From positions 480,001 through 544,000 of the forward strand of contig CAVTMK010000002.1 of NCBI GenBank assembly GCA_963735805.1: a stretch of 64,000 nucleotides of DNA. Reading direction: 5' to 3'. Of the stretch, positions 40,088 to 50,968 are shown one piece after another. The first letter of the stretch is position 1. Each line of letters opens with the position of its first letter. This DNA comes from an uncultured Verrucomicrobiae bacterium (lineage in GTDB: Bacteria; Verrucomicrobiota; Verrucomicrobiia; Chthoniobacterales; UBA10450). The notes under the pieces are model-generated. The model worked only from the letters and a program-made list of their open reading frames with translations. It had not been told where the DNA came from and ran no database searches. A program made the position numbers and the translations under genes.

Positions 40088-40242
40088 GGGAACAGTGGCA
40101 GGCGCGACCGCCCTTGCCTAACTTTCCAAGCAGTGGTTGCTTGAACATGGCCGGCAACCAACGGTGGAGGTGGTTTCTGTTTTGTGGTGTGAGACCGCGA
40201 ACGAGACGCTACTTTGGGCTGGCGATTTAACAACGATCTAAG

Positions 40243-42561
40243 ATGCCTACAGCGGTCGCCAAAACCAGTGTTACCGAGGAGCCTCCCGGGAAGGTCGAGC
40301 CGCTCCCGACTGACGTTGCTCGAGAAGCACGTTTTTCCAACCCTGAAAATTTTATCAACCGCGAGCTGAGCTGGCTTGCGTTCGACCGGCGTGTTCTCGA
40401 GGAAGCGCAGGACCCTACTCAGCCGCTTATCGAGAGAGTGAAGTTCCTCACGATCGTCAGCTCTAACCTGGACGAGTTTTTCGAGATCCGCGTCGCTGGG
40501 ATCAAGCAGCAAATCAAGAGTGAAACGAGCGATATCGGGCCGGACGGCCTAAGTCCAACCGATACATTCGATCGTATTCAGAAAACTGTGCGTCCGCTTG
40601 TCGCTACTCAGTGCGCGCTTTGGAAAACCGAACTGCTGCCTGAGCTTGCAAAAAATGGGATTTATGTGCGCGAAATGGCGGAACTTTCGCCAAAACGCGC
40701 CGCGTGGGCACATCGTTATTTTCAGCAGGAAGTTCTTCCGATGCTTACACCGCTGGCAGTCGATGCCAGCCATCCCTTCCCGCATCTTTTGAACCGAAGT
40801 CACAATCTGCTGGTGCGGGCGAAATTGCAGCGAGGTGGGGAACCGCTGCACGCCATCGTGCAAGTACCCAGGGCGGTATCGCGCTTGATCGCGTTGCCGC
40901 GCGGCAAGAGTGCGGACGAGCCTTGGGAGTACATCTATCTCGCGTCGCTCATCAAACAGCACATCGGCGAATTATTTCCCGGCTTGATCCTCGACGAGGT
41001 GCATGCGTTTCGGGTTACGCGAAACAGCGACCTGTATATTGACGAGGAAGAAGCGGAAAATTTGCTGCGCACGATCGAGCAGGAGCTGCGGCGCTCGAGT
41101 CGAGGCAACGCTGTTCGGCTCGAAGTGGAAGCAGATTGTCCAAAAGATGTGTTGGAATTGCTGCTTAGGTTCTTCGACCTGACAGAAGCCGACGCTTACA
41201 AACTCGACGGCCCACTTTCGATGACGCATCTCATGCCGCTTGTCACAAACGATGCGTTTGCCAAGCTGAGGGACCGGCCATTTCAGCCGGCGCGCGATCC
41301 GGCGCTTCCGCCGCACGTTGATTTTTTTGAGGTGTTGCGCAGGCAGGATGTCCTGCTTCATCATCCCTACGACAGCTTCGATCAAATCGTCGAGTTAATC
41401 GAGGCGGCTGCGCGCGATCCACAGGTGCTGGCGATCAAGATCACGTTATATCGGACAAGCGGCGATTCAGCGATTGTCGAAGCGCTCATTGAAGCAGCGA
41501 ATGCCGGAAAACAAGTCACGGCTATTGTCGAGCTTCGCGCGCGCTTTGATGAGGCCAGCAACATTCAGTGGGCCCGGCGCCTGGAGGAAGCCGGTGCGCA
41601 CGTCATCTATGGAGTGGTTGGTCTCAAAACACATTGCAAGGTCCTGCTGATCGTTCGCCGCGATGCCGACCATCTTCGACGTTACGTTCAGCTCGGGACG
41701 GGTAACTATCATCCTCGCACCGCGCGCATTTACACTGACTTTAGTTTGCTCACCAGCGAACCCAAATTGACCGAAGAGGTAGCAATCGTTTTCAACACCC
41801 TTACCGGTCTGGCCGGTTATCCGGGACTCAAAAAATTGATGGTCGCGCCGTTTGATATGCACAGTCGTCTCATTCGGATGATCGAAGGCGAGCGTGACCA
41901 TGCCTTGGCAGGCAAACCGGGCCGCATCGTTGCGAAATTGAACGCGCTAGTCGATGAGGAGATTATCGAGAAACTGTACGAAGCTTCGTGCGCGGACGTG
42001 ACCATCGATTTGATTGTCCGGGGGATTTGCTGCTTGCGGCCAAAAGTGCCTGCGCTGAGCGAGAACATTCGCGTAATCAGCATTGTTGGCCGTTTTCTGG
42101 AGCACAGCCGAATCTTTTATTTTGAGAATGCTGGCCAGCCCAAAGTCTTCCTATCCAGCGCAGATTGGATGCCGCGGAATTTTTATCGGCGCATCGAGCT
42201 GGCATTCCCTGTCGAGAATCCGACGTTGCGGGATCAGATCATCAACGAAGTGCTTCCCAGCTTTTTACACGACCGCGTCAAGGCGCGAGAGTTGCAGTCC
42301 GATGGAACGTACCGACGTTTGAAACCTGAAGGGTCGGAACCACGTGCGCAGGCACAGTGGCATTTCCGCGAAGTCTCTCGCGAGCGTGCAAAAAAAATGA
42401 CTCGATCCAAAAAGAAACTGCGCGCCGACAAATTAATTCCGATCACCGTTGCCGCTGATCCCTCTGTTACCATGAGTTCAGAAACTGATAGCGGCGAAAA
42501 AACCGCGCCGCCAGGTACAACAGCGCCTGCATCACCGACGTCAGCGCAAAAGCAATCTTGA
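40243..42561 (+). CDS. ppk1: Polyphosphate kinase 1
   Basis: NRELSWLAF, SNLDEFFEIRV, LHHPYDSF, ELRARFDE, KTHCK, GTGNYH, GRFLEHSR, SADWMPRN. Confidence 0.97.
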   Translation: MPTAVAKTSVTEEPPGKVEPLPTDVAREARFSNPENFINRELSWLAFDRRVLEEAQDPTQPLIERVKFLTIVSSNLDEFFEIRVAGIKQQIKSETSDIGPDGLSPTDTFDRIQKTVRPLVATQCALWKTELLPELAKNGIYVREMAELSPKRAAWAHRYFQQEVLPMLTPLAVDASHPFPHLLNRSHNLLVRAKLQRGGEPLHAIVQVPRAVSRLIALPRGKSADEPWEYIYLASLIKQHIGELFPGLILDEVHAFRVTRNSDLYIDEEEAENLLRTIEQELRRSSRGNAVRLEVEADCPKDVLELLLRFFDLTEADAYKLDGPLSMTHLMPLVTNDAFAKLRDRPFQPARDPALPPHVDFFEVLRRQDVLLHHPYDSFDQIVELIEAAARDPQVLAIKITLYRTSGDSAIVEALIEAANAGKQVTAIVELRARFDEASNIQWARRLEEAGAHVIYGVVGLKTHCKVLLIVRRDADHLRRYVQLGTGNYHPRTARIYTDFSLLTSEPKLTEEVAIVFNTLTGLAGYPGLKKLMVAPFDMHSRLIRMIEGERDHALAGKPGRIVAKLNALVDEEIIEKLYEASCADVTIDLIVRGICCLRPKVPALSENIRVISIVGRFLEHSRIFYFENAGQPKVFLSSADWMPRNFYRRIELAFPVENPTLRDQIINEVLPSFLHDRVKARELQSDGTYRRLKPEGSEPRAQAQWHFREVSRERAKKMTRSKKKLRADKLIPITVAADPSVTMSSETDSGEKTAPPGTTAPASPTSAQKQS

Positions 42562-43247
42562 AGCGAAAAATTCTCGTCATCGACGTCGGCGGCTCAAACG
42601 TGAAGCTGATGATCTCGCGTGCCCAAAGGAGAAAATTCAAATCGGGGCGGAAATTGACGCCGCGCGCGATGGTCGCCCAAATCAAACCGTTGGTTGCGGA
42701 ATGGAAATTTGGCGCCATCTCACTTGGGTTTCCTTCCCCCGTGCGCAACGGTAAAATCGTGAGCGAGCCGAAACATCTTGGCCAGGGCTGGGTCGGCTTT
42801 AACTTCGCGAAGGCATTGGGCAAGCCAGTGCGCATTATCAATGACGCAGCGATGCAGGCCCTTGGCAGTTACCACGGTCGCCGAATGCTTTTCCTTGGAC
42901 TCGGGACAGGGCTTGGATCTGCTCTGATTTGGGACGACTATGTCCTTCCTCTCGAATTGGGCGACTTACCTTATCGGAACGGAAGCATTATTGAGGATTA
43001 CCTTGGCGAAGCCGGCGAGGCACAGCTCGGCAAGAAAACCTGGCAGCGCGATGTTCTGCATGCCGTTGTGCAATTGAAGAAATCGCTCATCGCCGATTAC
43101 GTTGTGCTGGGTGGTGGAAACGCCAAGGAATTGAACGAGATCCCGGGTGGAGTCGAGCTTGGGCATAATCGCAATGCGTTCCTGGGCGGAGTTCGACTCT
43201 GGCAAATTAATTCGCGTACACGGCGACCGAGGTGGCAGATTCTTTGA
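42558..43247 (+). CDS. ROK-family sugar kinase (polyphosphate glucokinase-like)
   Basis: IDVGGSNVK, NDAAMQALG, LGTGLGSA, ELG, LGGGN. TTG start overlaps the ppk1 stop. Confidence 0.85.
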   Translation: MKRKILVIDVGGSNVKLMISRAQRRKFKSGRKLTPRAMVAQIKPLVAEWKFGAISLGFPSPVRNGKIVSEPKHLGQGWVGFNFAKALGKPVRIINDAAMQALGSYHGRRMLFLGLGTGLGSALIWDDYVLPLELGDLPYRNGSIIEDYLGEAGEAQLGKKTWQRDVLHAVVQLKKSLIADYVVLGGGNAKELNEIPGGVELGHNRNAFLGGVRLWQINSRTRRPRWQIL

Positions 43248-43338
43248 AGCAATGAAAAAGAGTTACAAAGCTAAATGGACGACTACCAAATCTTTTTCCT
43301 TTTAACTGGGTAATATTTGGCTTTTTAGCATTCTTGAC

Positions 43339-43800
43339 ATGAAGCTCTATTTTCTCAGGCATGGCGAAGCCGACTGGCCAAACTGGAAAAAACCTGACGA
43401 CGAGCGCCCGTTGACCAAGCGCGGAAAAAGGGAAATGCGCGAAGTGGCAAGCTTTTTGGACCGCCTGAAAGTTCGTCCCGACTTGATCGTCACCAGCCCG
43501 TTGCCGCGGGCGGCGCAGACCGCCGAAATCGCGGCTGATTATCTTAAAGCGAAGGTGCGCAAGGATGAGTCGCTCGCGCCGGGATTTGGCGCAAGCAAGT
43601 TGCGAACAGTGGTGAAGCGGCACCAGGCAAACGTTCTGATGCTGGTTGGTCACGAACCAGACTTCACTAACGTCATTTCCGGATTGACCGGAGCGTCCCT
43701 CAAACTCTCCAAGGCCGGCGTCGCGCTAGTCGATTTGGAACCCGAATCCGAGGAAGGAAAACTTCTTTGGCTTTTCCCACCAAAAATTGGCAAGAAATAG
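43339..43800 (+). CDS. sixA: Phosphohistidine phosphatase SixA
   Basis: LRHGEA, RPLT, SPLPRAAQTA, VGHEP. Confidence 0.9.
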   Translation: MKLYFLRHGEADWPNWKKPDDERPLTKRGKREMREVASFLDRLKVRPDLIVTSPLPRAAQTAEIAADYLKAKVRKDESLAPGFGASKLRTVVKRHQANVLMLVGHEPDFTNVISGLTGASLKLSKAGVALVDLEPESEEGKLLWLFPPKIGKK

Positions 43801-43818
43801 GCGCGGCTCTTTGATGTA

Positions 43819-44232
43819 TTACTGCGCTAGCAGATAAATCGTTGCCAGCGCCAGCAGGAAGTACGGAACAAGCACGGCTGCCCCAGCGTATTCTTTCGCC
43901 ATTCGTTGTCCGAAGAACAGGGCAACAATCGCAACGGCTGAAACGACCGCGCCATAGAAGGCGACAGTTGTTTCTCGCGAAACGATCAGCATGACGCATC
44001 CGATCGCGCTCAGAGCTCCGGCGGCAACTTCGAGAATCGTGATCGTCGTAAATAGAACTGTCACAAGACCAGCCAGAGCGCTTTTGGCAAAATGCCCCTT
44101 TAGCCATTCGAGGTTGCCGCGGTAATCGATGAGTTTATCAATCCCGGATTGAAGGAAGAGGATCGCAAGAAAAGCTGAGCCCAAAATCTGCAGCAGATAA
44201 ATTGCTCCTGCGAGGGTGTGCAAAGATGGCAT
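43819..44232 (-). CDS. DoxX family membrane protein
   Basis: FLQSGIDK, LEVAAG, FGQRMAKEY; four TMs. Confidence 0.8.
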   Translation of the reverse strand: MPSLHTLAGAIYLLQILGSAFLAILFLQSGIDKLIDYRGNLEWLKGHFAKSALAGLVTVLFTTITILEVAAGALSAIGCVMLIVSRETTVAFYGAVVSAVAIVALFFGQRMAKEYAGAAVLVPYFLLALATIYLLAQ

Positions 44233-44302
44233 GACTCCCAAACCTTAGCCGGAACAAACCCGCCTTGTCGATATTCTGTGTTCGACGCCCTGTTCTCGCG
44301 TT

Positions 44303-45655
44303 CTAGTCGCCTTGAGCGGCTGCATCCGCGAACGCGACGTCGCCTGATTTCAAGTCCCACTCCGCTTCGGCCGCCGTCCCAAAAACGCGAGCACGCCTTT
44401 CGTCGAATTCCTTTTCCCACCGCGCGACAACTACTGTCGCCAGGCAATTGCCGATCACATTCACGCAAGTGCGGCCCATGTCCATCAATTCGTCCACGCC
44501 GAAAATAATCGCTACACCGATTGGCCCCAACCCCGACGGCACAAACGAATTCAATGCCGCCAGCAAAATGACAAGCGATGATCGCGGTACGCCTGCCACG
44601 CCTTTGGAAGTCAGCATCAACGTCAACATCATTGTGATCTGTTGGCCTAACGACATGTGCCATCCCATGGTAGTCTCGGCTGCCTGGGCCACGAATACCG
44701 AGGCCATTGCCAGATATAATGTCGATCCGGTGAGATTGAACGAATAGCCGGTGGGCATGACGAACCCAACGATGTGCGGCGGTACGCCGAAACGCTCCAT
44801 GGATTCCATCGCCTTGGGCAACGCCGATTCACTACTGGTGGTCGCGAATGCGAGCGCCGCCGGCTCGCGGACCGCCCTGACGAATTGCCGCGCCGGAATC
44901 CGCGCGATCCAGATCACCAGTCCAAAGACTAACAAAATGAAAATTACAAGTGCGAGATAAAGTGAGCCGATCAATTTGCCAAGGTTCACCAGGACGCCCG
45001 GACCTTGCGTGCCGATCGTATGCGCCATGGCCGCGCCTACTCCGATCGGCGCGAACAGCATCACATAATTGGTAAACTTGAACATGATCTGAGCGAGGCT
45101 CTCCATCGCGGTAATGATCGGTCTTCCCTTTTCGCCAACTGCCGACACAGCGAGCGCAAACAGCACGCTGAAGGTGACGATTTGTAAAACGTCACCGTGC
45201 ACCATTGCTTCGACGACGCTCGAGGGAAACGCATGGCCGATCGTTTCGACCAAAGTCTTCGGATGACTTTGTCCGATTGTCTTGATGACGTCAGTGTTGG
45301 TGGCGGCAAGCGTGACGCCAGCGCCCGGCTTGGTGAAATTGACTACAGCTAATCCAATGAATAGCGCCGCAGTAGTGACAATTTCAAAGTAGACCAGCGC
45401 TTTCACGCCCATTCGCCCCACTTTTCGCAACGCTCCTGCTCCTGCGATGCCTACGACAATGGTCGAGAAAACGAGCGGTGCGATGATCGATTTGATCAGG
45501 TTAATGAAAATATCGCGCAAAAAATAGACTGCGTTTCCCCACTCGGGTCTTAACCAGCCGATCAGACCGCCAACGACCAGCCCAATCATGATCTGCATCG
45601 TCAGAGAAGGCCGATACCACGGCCGACGCATGCGCCGAGAAACTCGCGTGGTCAT
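44303..45655 (-). CDS. Dicarboxylate/amino acid:cation symporter (GltP/DctA family)
   Basis: FINLIK, TTSSESALP, PTGYSFNL, SKGVAGVP, MDMGRTCVNVIGN. Confidence 0.95.
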   Translation of the reverse strand: MTTRVSRRMRRPWYRPSLTMQIMIGLVVGGLIGWLRPEWGNAVYFLRDIFINLIKSIIAPLVFSTIVVGIAGAGALRKVGRMGVKALVYFEIVTTAALFIGLAVVNFTKPGAGVTLAATNTDVIKTIGQSHPKTLVETIGHAFPSSVVEAMVHGDVLQIVTFSVLFALAVSAVGEKGRPIITAMESLAQIMFKFTNYVMLFAPIGVGAAMAHTIGTQGPGVLVNLGKLIGSLYLALVIFILLVFGLVIWIARIPARQFVRAVREPAALAFATTSSESALPKAMESMERFGVPPHIVGFVMPTGYSFNLTGSTLYLAMASVFVAQAAETTMGWHMSLGQQITMMLTLMLTSKGVAGVPRSSLVILLAALNSFVPSGLGPIGVAIIFGVDELMDMGRTCVNVIGNCLATVVVARWEKEFDERRARVFGTAAEAEWDLKSGDVAFADAAAQGD

Positions 45656-45741
45656 CGCCACCGTATTAACACAACGCTCAAATCCGAGACAGGCGTTTCA
45701 GCCTTCTGAACCTTCGCTGCGCGCGGCAACGACCTCGGAAA

Positions 45742-46623
45742 TCAGTCTATCATTCGCTGCTCGAGGCCGCCGTAAGCATCGACGCGCCGGTCCCGCAAGA
45801 ATGGCCAATGCGTCCGTTGCTCGTTTACTCGCGCCCAATCCACATCGGCCAGCACAATCTCTTCCTGATCAACAGAACCCTTCGCGATAATTTCGCCGTC
45901 CGGTCCACATACAAAACTTTGTCCCCAAAATTCAATACCATCGCCGCCAGCCGGCGCTTCGTGGCCGACGCGGTTTGGGACGGCGACATAACAGCCATTC
46001 GCGATCGCGTGACTACGCTGGATCGTTTCCCAGGCCGCATGTTGCGCTACGCCGAACTGCTTTTTTTCTGAAGGGTGCCAGCCTATTGCTGTTGGATAAA
46101 AAATGATCTCCGCACCGTGCAGTGCGGTTAAACGCGCCGCTTCCGGATACCATTGGTCCCAGCAAATGCACACACCGATTTTACCTCGCGTTGTCGGCCA
46201 CGCCTGAAATCCAAGATCGCCAGGCGTGAAATAAAATTTTTCATGATACAGCGGGTCGTCCGGAATATGCATCTTGCGATATTTGCCGAGCAATTTTCCG
46301 TTCGTATCGATAATTGCTGCCGTGTTGTGATAGAGACCGGCACTTCGTTTCTCGAAAAGCGAGGCAACAATCACGGCGCCGGTTTCACGGGCCACTTCCC
46401 CCAACGCCGACGTTGATTTGCCCGGAATTTCCTCGGCCAGATCGAAATTCTTGTGATCTTCTGTCTGACAAAAATATTGCGACCGAAAAAGCTCGGGCAA
46501 ACAAACGATCTGCGCGCCTTTTGCAGCGGCATCGCGAATCATTTCGATTGCGTGCGCGAAGTTTTTCTCCGGCCTGGAGCCGGAGCGCATCTGAACAAGC
46601 GCGATTTTGGTTGTGTTCGTCAT
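45742..46623 (-). CDS. Carbon-nitrogen hydrolase (N-carbamoylputrescine amidase-like)
   Basis: Catalytic triad context LPELF, YRKMHIP, ICWDQW; WPFLRDRR. Confidence 0.92.
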   Translation of the reverse strand: MTNTTKIALVQMRSGSRPEKNFAHAIEMIRDAAAKGAQIVCLPELFRSQYFCQTEDHKNFDLAEEIPGKSTSALGEVARETGAVIVASLFEKRSAGLYHNTAAIIDTNGKLLGKYRKMHIPDDPLYHEKFYFTPGDLGFQAWPTTRGKIGVCICWDQWYPEAARLTALHGAEIIFYPTAIGWHPSEKKQFGVAQHAAWETIQRSHAIANGCYVAVPNRVGHEAPAGGDGIEFWGQSFVCGPDGEIIAKGSVDQEEIVLADVDWARVNEQRTHWPFLRDRRVDAYGGLEQRMID

Positions 46624-46692
46624 GTCGAGTGGAGTGGAGACATCTCCAGTCATGTTAACAATGAGAGACTCCTCGACTTCGCTCGGAATGCC
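46619..46692. repeat. REP-like palindromic element, GTCAT...ATGAC family (copy 1)
   Basis: GTCATGTCGAGTGGAGTGGAGACATCTC ... GAGACTCCTCGACTTCGCTCGGAATGCC form imperfect inverted arms. Confidence 0.75.
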
Positions 46693-46703
46693 AGGGATGA
46701 CGA

Positions 46704-47312
46704 TTATTTCACCGAATCCGGTGGCACAATCTTCACGCTTTTGATCACGACGCGTTTCGTCGGCCTGCTCATTTCACCCATGCCGTTGTTCATAACCGGT
46801 GTGTCGCCGATTTTCTCCAGGACATCATCGCCCTTGATCAATTTGCCGAACGTCGTGTATTGCCCGTCGAGTCGCCGAACAGGTGCAAGACAAATGAAGA
46901 ATTGCGAGCCGGCCGAATCCGGATCAGGCCCGCGCGCCATCGAAAGTACACCGCGATCGTGGGAATGATCGTTAAATTCGGCTTTGAGTTTGTATCCAGG
47001 CCCACCCTGCCCGTAAGCGCTCTCCTTTGCCGGATCTTTCGAATTCGGGTCGCCGCCCTGAATCATGAATCCTTTGACGATCCGATGGAAGGTGGTGCCA
47101 TCGTAGAATCCCTGGCGTGCCAGTTTTTTAAAATTCTCAATTGTATTAGGTGCGGCATCGGTCCAAAACTGCACAACCATATCGCCTTCGCTGGTCTTGA
47201 TCACTGCGACTTCGTTTGAGGTACTCATAGGAGAGGTTTCTTTCTTTTCTTCGGCGGCGCCTGCCGTTGCAACAAGCGTAGACGCTACCAAGCAGCAAAA
47301 TAAGAGTTTCAT
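46704..47312 (-). CDS. Cyclophilin-type peptidyl-prolyl isomerase with signal peptide
   Basis: FYDGTTFHRIVKGFMIQGGDP, SMARG, SAGSQFFI, LDGQYTTFG. Confidence 0.95.
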   Translation of the reverse strand: MKLLFCCLVASTLVATAGAAEEKKETSPMSTSNEVAVIKTSEGDMVVQFWTDAAPNTIENFKKLARQGFYDGTTFHRIVKGFMIQGGDPNSKDPAKESAYGQGGPGYKLKAEFNDHSHDRGVLSMARGPDPDSAGSQFFICLAPVRRLDGQYTTFGKLIKGDDVLEKIGDTPVMNNGMGEMSRPTKRVVIKSVKIVPPDSVK

Positions 47313-47366
47313 GTGTAGCAATGGTAGCGCTCAGCGACGAACGTTCAACATGGCGTAAAACGCGCG

Positions 47367-47473
47367 GTCATTCTGAACGGAGTGAACGATCTCACATTGG
47401 ATCATGGACCATGCGATGTGCGAAGCGTGTTCAACGAGCACTCTGCGAGTTCCCTTGCTTCGCTCGGGATGAC
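47367..47473. repeat. REP-like palindromic element, GTCAT...ATGAC family (copy 2)
   Basis: GTCATTCTGAACGGAG...GATCTC and GAGTTCCCTTGCTTCGCTCGGGATGAC form inverted arms. Confidence 0.7.
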
Positions 47474-47502
47474 GGAATTGAACGCTGGGGGACATTCGTC
47501 AT

Positions 47503-50500
47503 TCATTTATGGTATTCCTGCAGACTGCGCACCTGAACTTTCCGTTTTTGCAGCGACCGGATTCCGTTCGCGCTTGCCAAGGCAGCGCGCACTGTCGTCA
47601 TAATCGGAATCTTTGCGGCCAGCGCCGCGTTGCGGATGACCACTTCATGCTCACGCGGAATTTTTCCGCTGGGCGTGTTGATGATGAAGTTGATGTCCCC
47701 GTTCTTGATCCGGTCGAGGACATTTGGCCGTCCCTCGTGAATCTTGAAAACCTTGGTCACTTTGATTTTCGCCTTCGCTAGCGCTTCTGCGGTTCCGCTC
47801 GTGGAAATGATTTCGAAGCCGAGCTTTACAAACTCGCGTGCGACCGGGATCACGGCTTCCTTATCGGCGTCTTTAACGCTGACGAACACTTTTCCTTTCT
47901 TTGGCAGCGGCGGTGGCGCAGCCATTTGGGATTTCGCGTAAGCAAGGCCGAGATCGACATCCATGCCCATCACTTCCCCGGTCGATTTCATCTCCGGACC
48001 GAGCGAAATGTCCAGTCCTTCGTAACGGAGAAATGGGAACACCGCTTCTTTGACGCAAAAATGTTTGGGTACAATTTCCCTGGTGAAGCCGAGCTCGCGT
48101 AATGATTTTCCGGTCATCACTTTGGCGGCGAGTTTGGCAAGCGGGACACCGATCGCCTTGCTTACAAACGGAACGGTGCGTGACGCTCGTGGATTGACTT
48201 CCAGCACGTAAACGTTGTCGCCTTTCACGGCGAACTGCACATTCATCAGACCTTGCACGTGCAACTCCCGCGCCATGGCCTTTGTTGCCGCTGAAATTTC
48301 ATCAACGATCCTCTGTGACAACGAGAATGTCGGAATGACGCACGCGCTGTCGCCGCTGTGAATGCCGGCCTCCTCAATGTGCTCCATGATTGCGCCAATC
48401 ACAGTCGTGTCGCCGTCCGAAATGCAATCGACATCGACTTCGATGGCGTCTTCCAGGAAACGATCAATTAGCACCGGGCGATCAGGTGTCACTTCAATTG
48501 CCTTCGCCATGTAGCGTCGAAGATCTTCCTCGTTGTAGACAAGCTCCATGGCGCGCCCGCCGAGCACGAAGCTCGGCCTAACGAGTACTGGGTAGCCGAT
48601 TCTTCTGGCTATCGCGACAGCATCTTCCGTGCTCGTCGCCGAGCCGTTCGGGGTTTGGCGCAGACCAAGTTTGTCGAGCATCGCGGCGAACAAGCGGCGA
48701 TCTTCTGCGGTCTCGATACTTTCGGGCTGCGTGCCAAGAATTGGCACACCTGCCGCCTTCAGCCCGCTCGCCAGGTTCAGCGGTGTTTGACCGCCAAACT
48801 GGACGAACACACCTTCCGGCTTCTCCTGATCATAAATATTGAGTACGTCTTCGAGCGTGAGCGGTTCAAAGTAAAGTTTGTCGCTGGTGTCGTAATCCGT
48901 AGAAACTGTCTCGGGATTCGAGTTGACCATGATGGTTTCGAATCCGAGCTCGCGCAGAGCGAACGCGGCGTGCACACAACAATAATCGAATTCAATCCCC
49001 TGGCCGATCCGGTTCGGTCCGCCTCCGAGTATCATGACTTTTCGTTTCGTACTTTCGCGCCGCTCGTTCTCGTCACCGTACGTCGAGTAGTAATACGGCG
49101 TATAGGCTTCAAACTCTGCGGCGCATGTGTCAACAAGGCGATAAGTAGGAATTACACCTGCACCTACGCGAAGAAGGCGAACGCCTTGCTGCCCCCATTT
49201 CAAATCCGCTGGATCTGCAGGCGACCTTCCATTTCCAGCCAATAATATCTGGACATCAGAGAAGCCGAGCCGCTTCAACTGGCGAAATCGCCTCGCAGGA
49301 TACGCCGGATCCTTCGGTTGAGCCGGATCGTTTCCACCTGGGGTGGAAAGCCAATATTGAAAAGACTCGTCTGCTCGAAGTCGCTCACTCTCTTGCACCA
49401 GTTCCGCGATATTTCGTAAAAACCATCTGTCGATCTTCGTCAGTTCGAAAACTTCGTCGATCGACATGCCGTCTTGAAAGGCCTGGGCCAGGTAAAAAAT
49501 GCGTTCCGCGTTCGGGATCGCCAACTTCAAGCGAAGTGTCTCAGGATCGACATCTTTATTTGCGCCATCGCCACATAAACCGAAGCGTTTGATCTCGAGG
49601 CTGCGCAGCGCCTTCTGTAATGCTTCCTTAAATGTGCGTCCGATAGCCATTGCTTCGCCAACGCTCTTCATTCGGGTCGTCAGGGTTGCGTCCGCCTGTG
49701 GAAACTTTTCAAATGTGAAGCGCGGCACTTTGACTACGCAGTAGTCGATGGTCGGCTCGAAGCATGCCGGTGTTTCGCGGGTAATATCGTTTTTAATTTC
49801 ATCAAGTGTGTAACCGACTGCGAGTTTTGCCGCGATTTTCGCGATCGGAAATCCTGTCGCCTTCGATGCCAGCGCGCTGGACCGCGAGACGCGTGGATTC
49901 ATTTCGATTACCACCATGCGGCCGTTCTCGGGATGAACGGCAAACTGAATGTTTGACCCCCCGGTTTCTACGCCGATCTCGCGAATGACCGCGAAGGCGG
50001 CGTCACGCATGATCTGGTATTCCTTGTCGGAGAGCGTTTGTACCGGCGCGACGGTAATGGAGTCGCCAGTATGCACGCCCATGGGATCGAAATTCTCGAT
50101 GGAACAAACAACGACGCAGTTATCCATCCGGTCGCGCATCACTTCCATCTCGAACTCTTTCCAACCGACGAGTGATTCTTCGATCAACACTTCGTGGACT
50201 GGCGACAGATCAAGCCCTCGCGCGGCAATTACATCGAGTTCTTCGCGATTGTAAGCGATGCCGCCGCCGGCGCCCCCCAGAGTGAACGCGGGGCGAATGA
50301 TGAGCGGAAACGTCCCAATTTCAGCAACGATCCGATCAAGGTCGGCTAGGGAACGTGCGACGCCGGAACGCGGGACATCGAGGCCGATCCGCAACATTGC
50401 TTCCTTGAATAGTTGTCGGTCTTCCCCTTTCGCGATGGCCTGAGCATTGGCGCCGATCAATTTCACGCCATGTCGTGCCAGTGCGCCGTTACGGTTCAAC

Positions 50501-50802
50501 TCCATCGCAGCGTTCAGAGCGGTCTGCCCGCCTAAGGTTGGCAAAATAGCCTCCGGTTTTTCGCGTTCCATGATCGCCTCGATCACTTCAGGTGTGATCG
50601 GTTCGATATACGTGCGATCGGCGAATTCGGGGTCCGTCATGATGGTGGCCGGGTTGGAGTTGACCAGCACAACCTTGTAACCCTCTTCCCGGAGCGCCTT
50701 GCACGCTTGCACCCCGGAATAATCAAATTCGCAGCCCTGTCCGATGACGATTGGACCAGAGCCGATCAGCAGGATTTTTTTTAGTTCGTTATTTCGCGGC
50801 AT
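47503..50802 (-). CDS. carB: Carbamoyl-phosphate synthase large subunit
   Basis: [60 protein letters not shown] domain. Start placed at ATG 50802. Confidence 0.98.
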   Translation of the reverse strand: MPRNNELKKILLIGSGPIVIGQGCEFDYSGVQACKALREEGYKVVLVNSNPATIMTDPEFADRTYIEPITPEVIEAIMEREKPEAILPTLGGQTALNAAMELNRNGALARHGVKLIGANAQAIAKGEDRQLFKEAMLRIGLDVPRSGVARSLADLDRIVAEIGTFPLIIRPAFTLGGAGGGIAYNREELDVIAARGLDLSPVHEVLIEESLVGWKEFEMEVMRDRMDNCVVVCSIENFDPMGVHTGDSITVAPVQTLSDKEYQIMRDAAFAVIREIGVETGGSNIQFAVHPENGRMVVIEMNPRVSRSSALASKATGFPIAKIAAKLAVGYTLDEIKNDITRETPACFEPTIDYCVVKVPRFTFEKFPQADATLTTRMKSVGEAMAIGRTFKEALQKALRSLEIKRFGLCGDGANKDVDPETLRLKLAIPNAERIFYLAQAFQDGMSIDEVFELTKIDRWFLRNIAELVQESERLRADESFQYWLSTPGGNDPAQPKDPAYPARRFRQLKRLGFSDVQILLAGNGRSPADPADLKWGQQGVRLLRVGAGVIPTYRLVDTCAAEFEAYTPYYYSTYGDENERRESTKRKVMILGGGPNRIGQGIEFDYCCVHAAFALRELGFETIMVNSNPETVSTDYDTSDKLYFEPLTLEDVLNIYDQEKPEGVFVQFGGQTPLNLASGLKAAGVPILGTQPESIETAEDRRLFAAMLDKLGLRQTPNGSATSTEDAVAIARRIGYPVLVRPSFVLGGRAMELVYNEEDLRRYMAKAIEVTPDRPVLIDRFLEDAIEVDVDCISDGDTTVIGAIMEHIEEAGIHSGDSACVIPTFSLSQRIVDEISAATKAMARELHVQGLMNVQFAVKGDNVYVLEVNPRASRTVPFVSKAIGVPLAKLAAKVMTGKSLRELGFTREIVPKHFCVKEAVFPFLRYEGLDISLGPEMKSTGEVMGMDVDLGLAYAKSQMAAPPPLPKKGKVFVSVKDADKEAVIPVAREFVKLGFEIISTSGTAEALAKAKIKVTKVFKIHEGRPNVLDRIKNGDINFIINTPSGKIPREHEVVIRNAALAAKIPIMTTVRAALASANGIRSLQKRKVQVRSLQEYHK

Positions 50803-50968
50803 CTGCGCAGCGCGGACAGTAAACGAAATCGCGAGAAGGTCACGCGAGAACTCCCGCACGCTCATCCCAATCCCGCCGTTGAGGAAGAGGGAACTCGCAA
50901 AGCCCGGCAAATTCACGGATCGAAAATTTTGTGATCAAAGCTTGGACTGCGAAAATGACTGGGACGTT

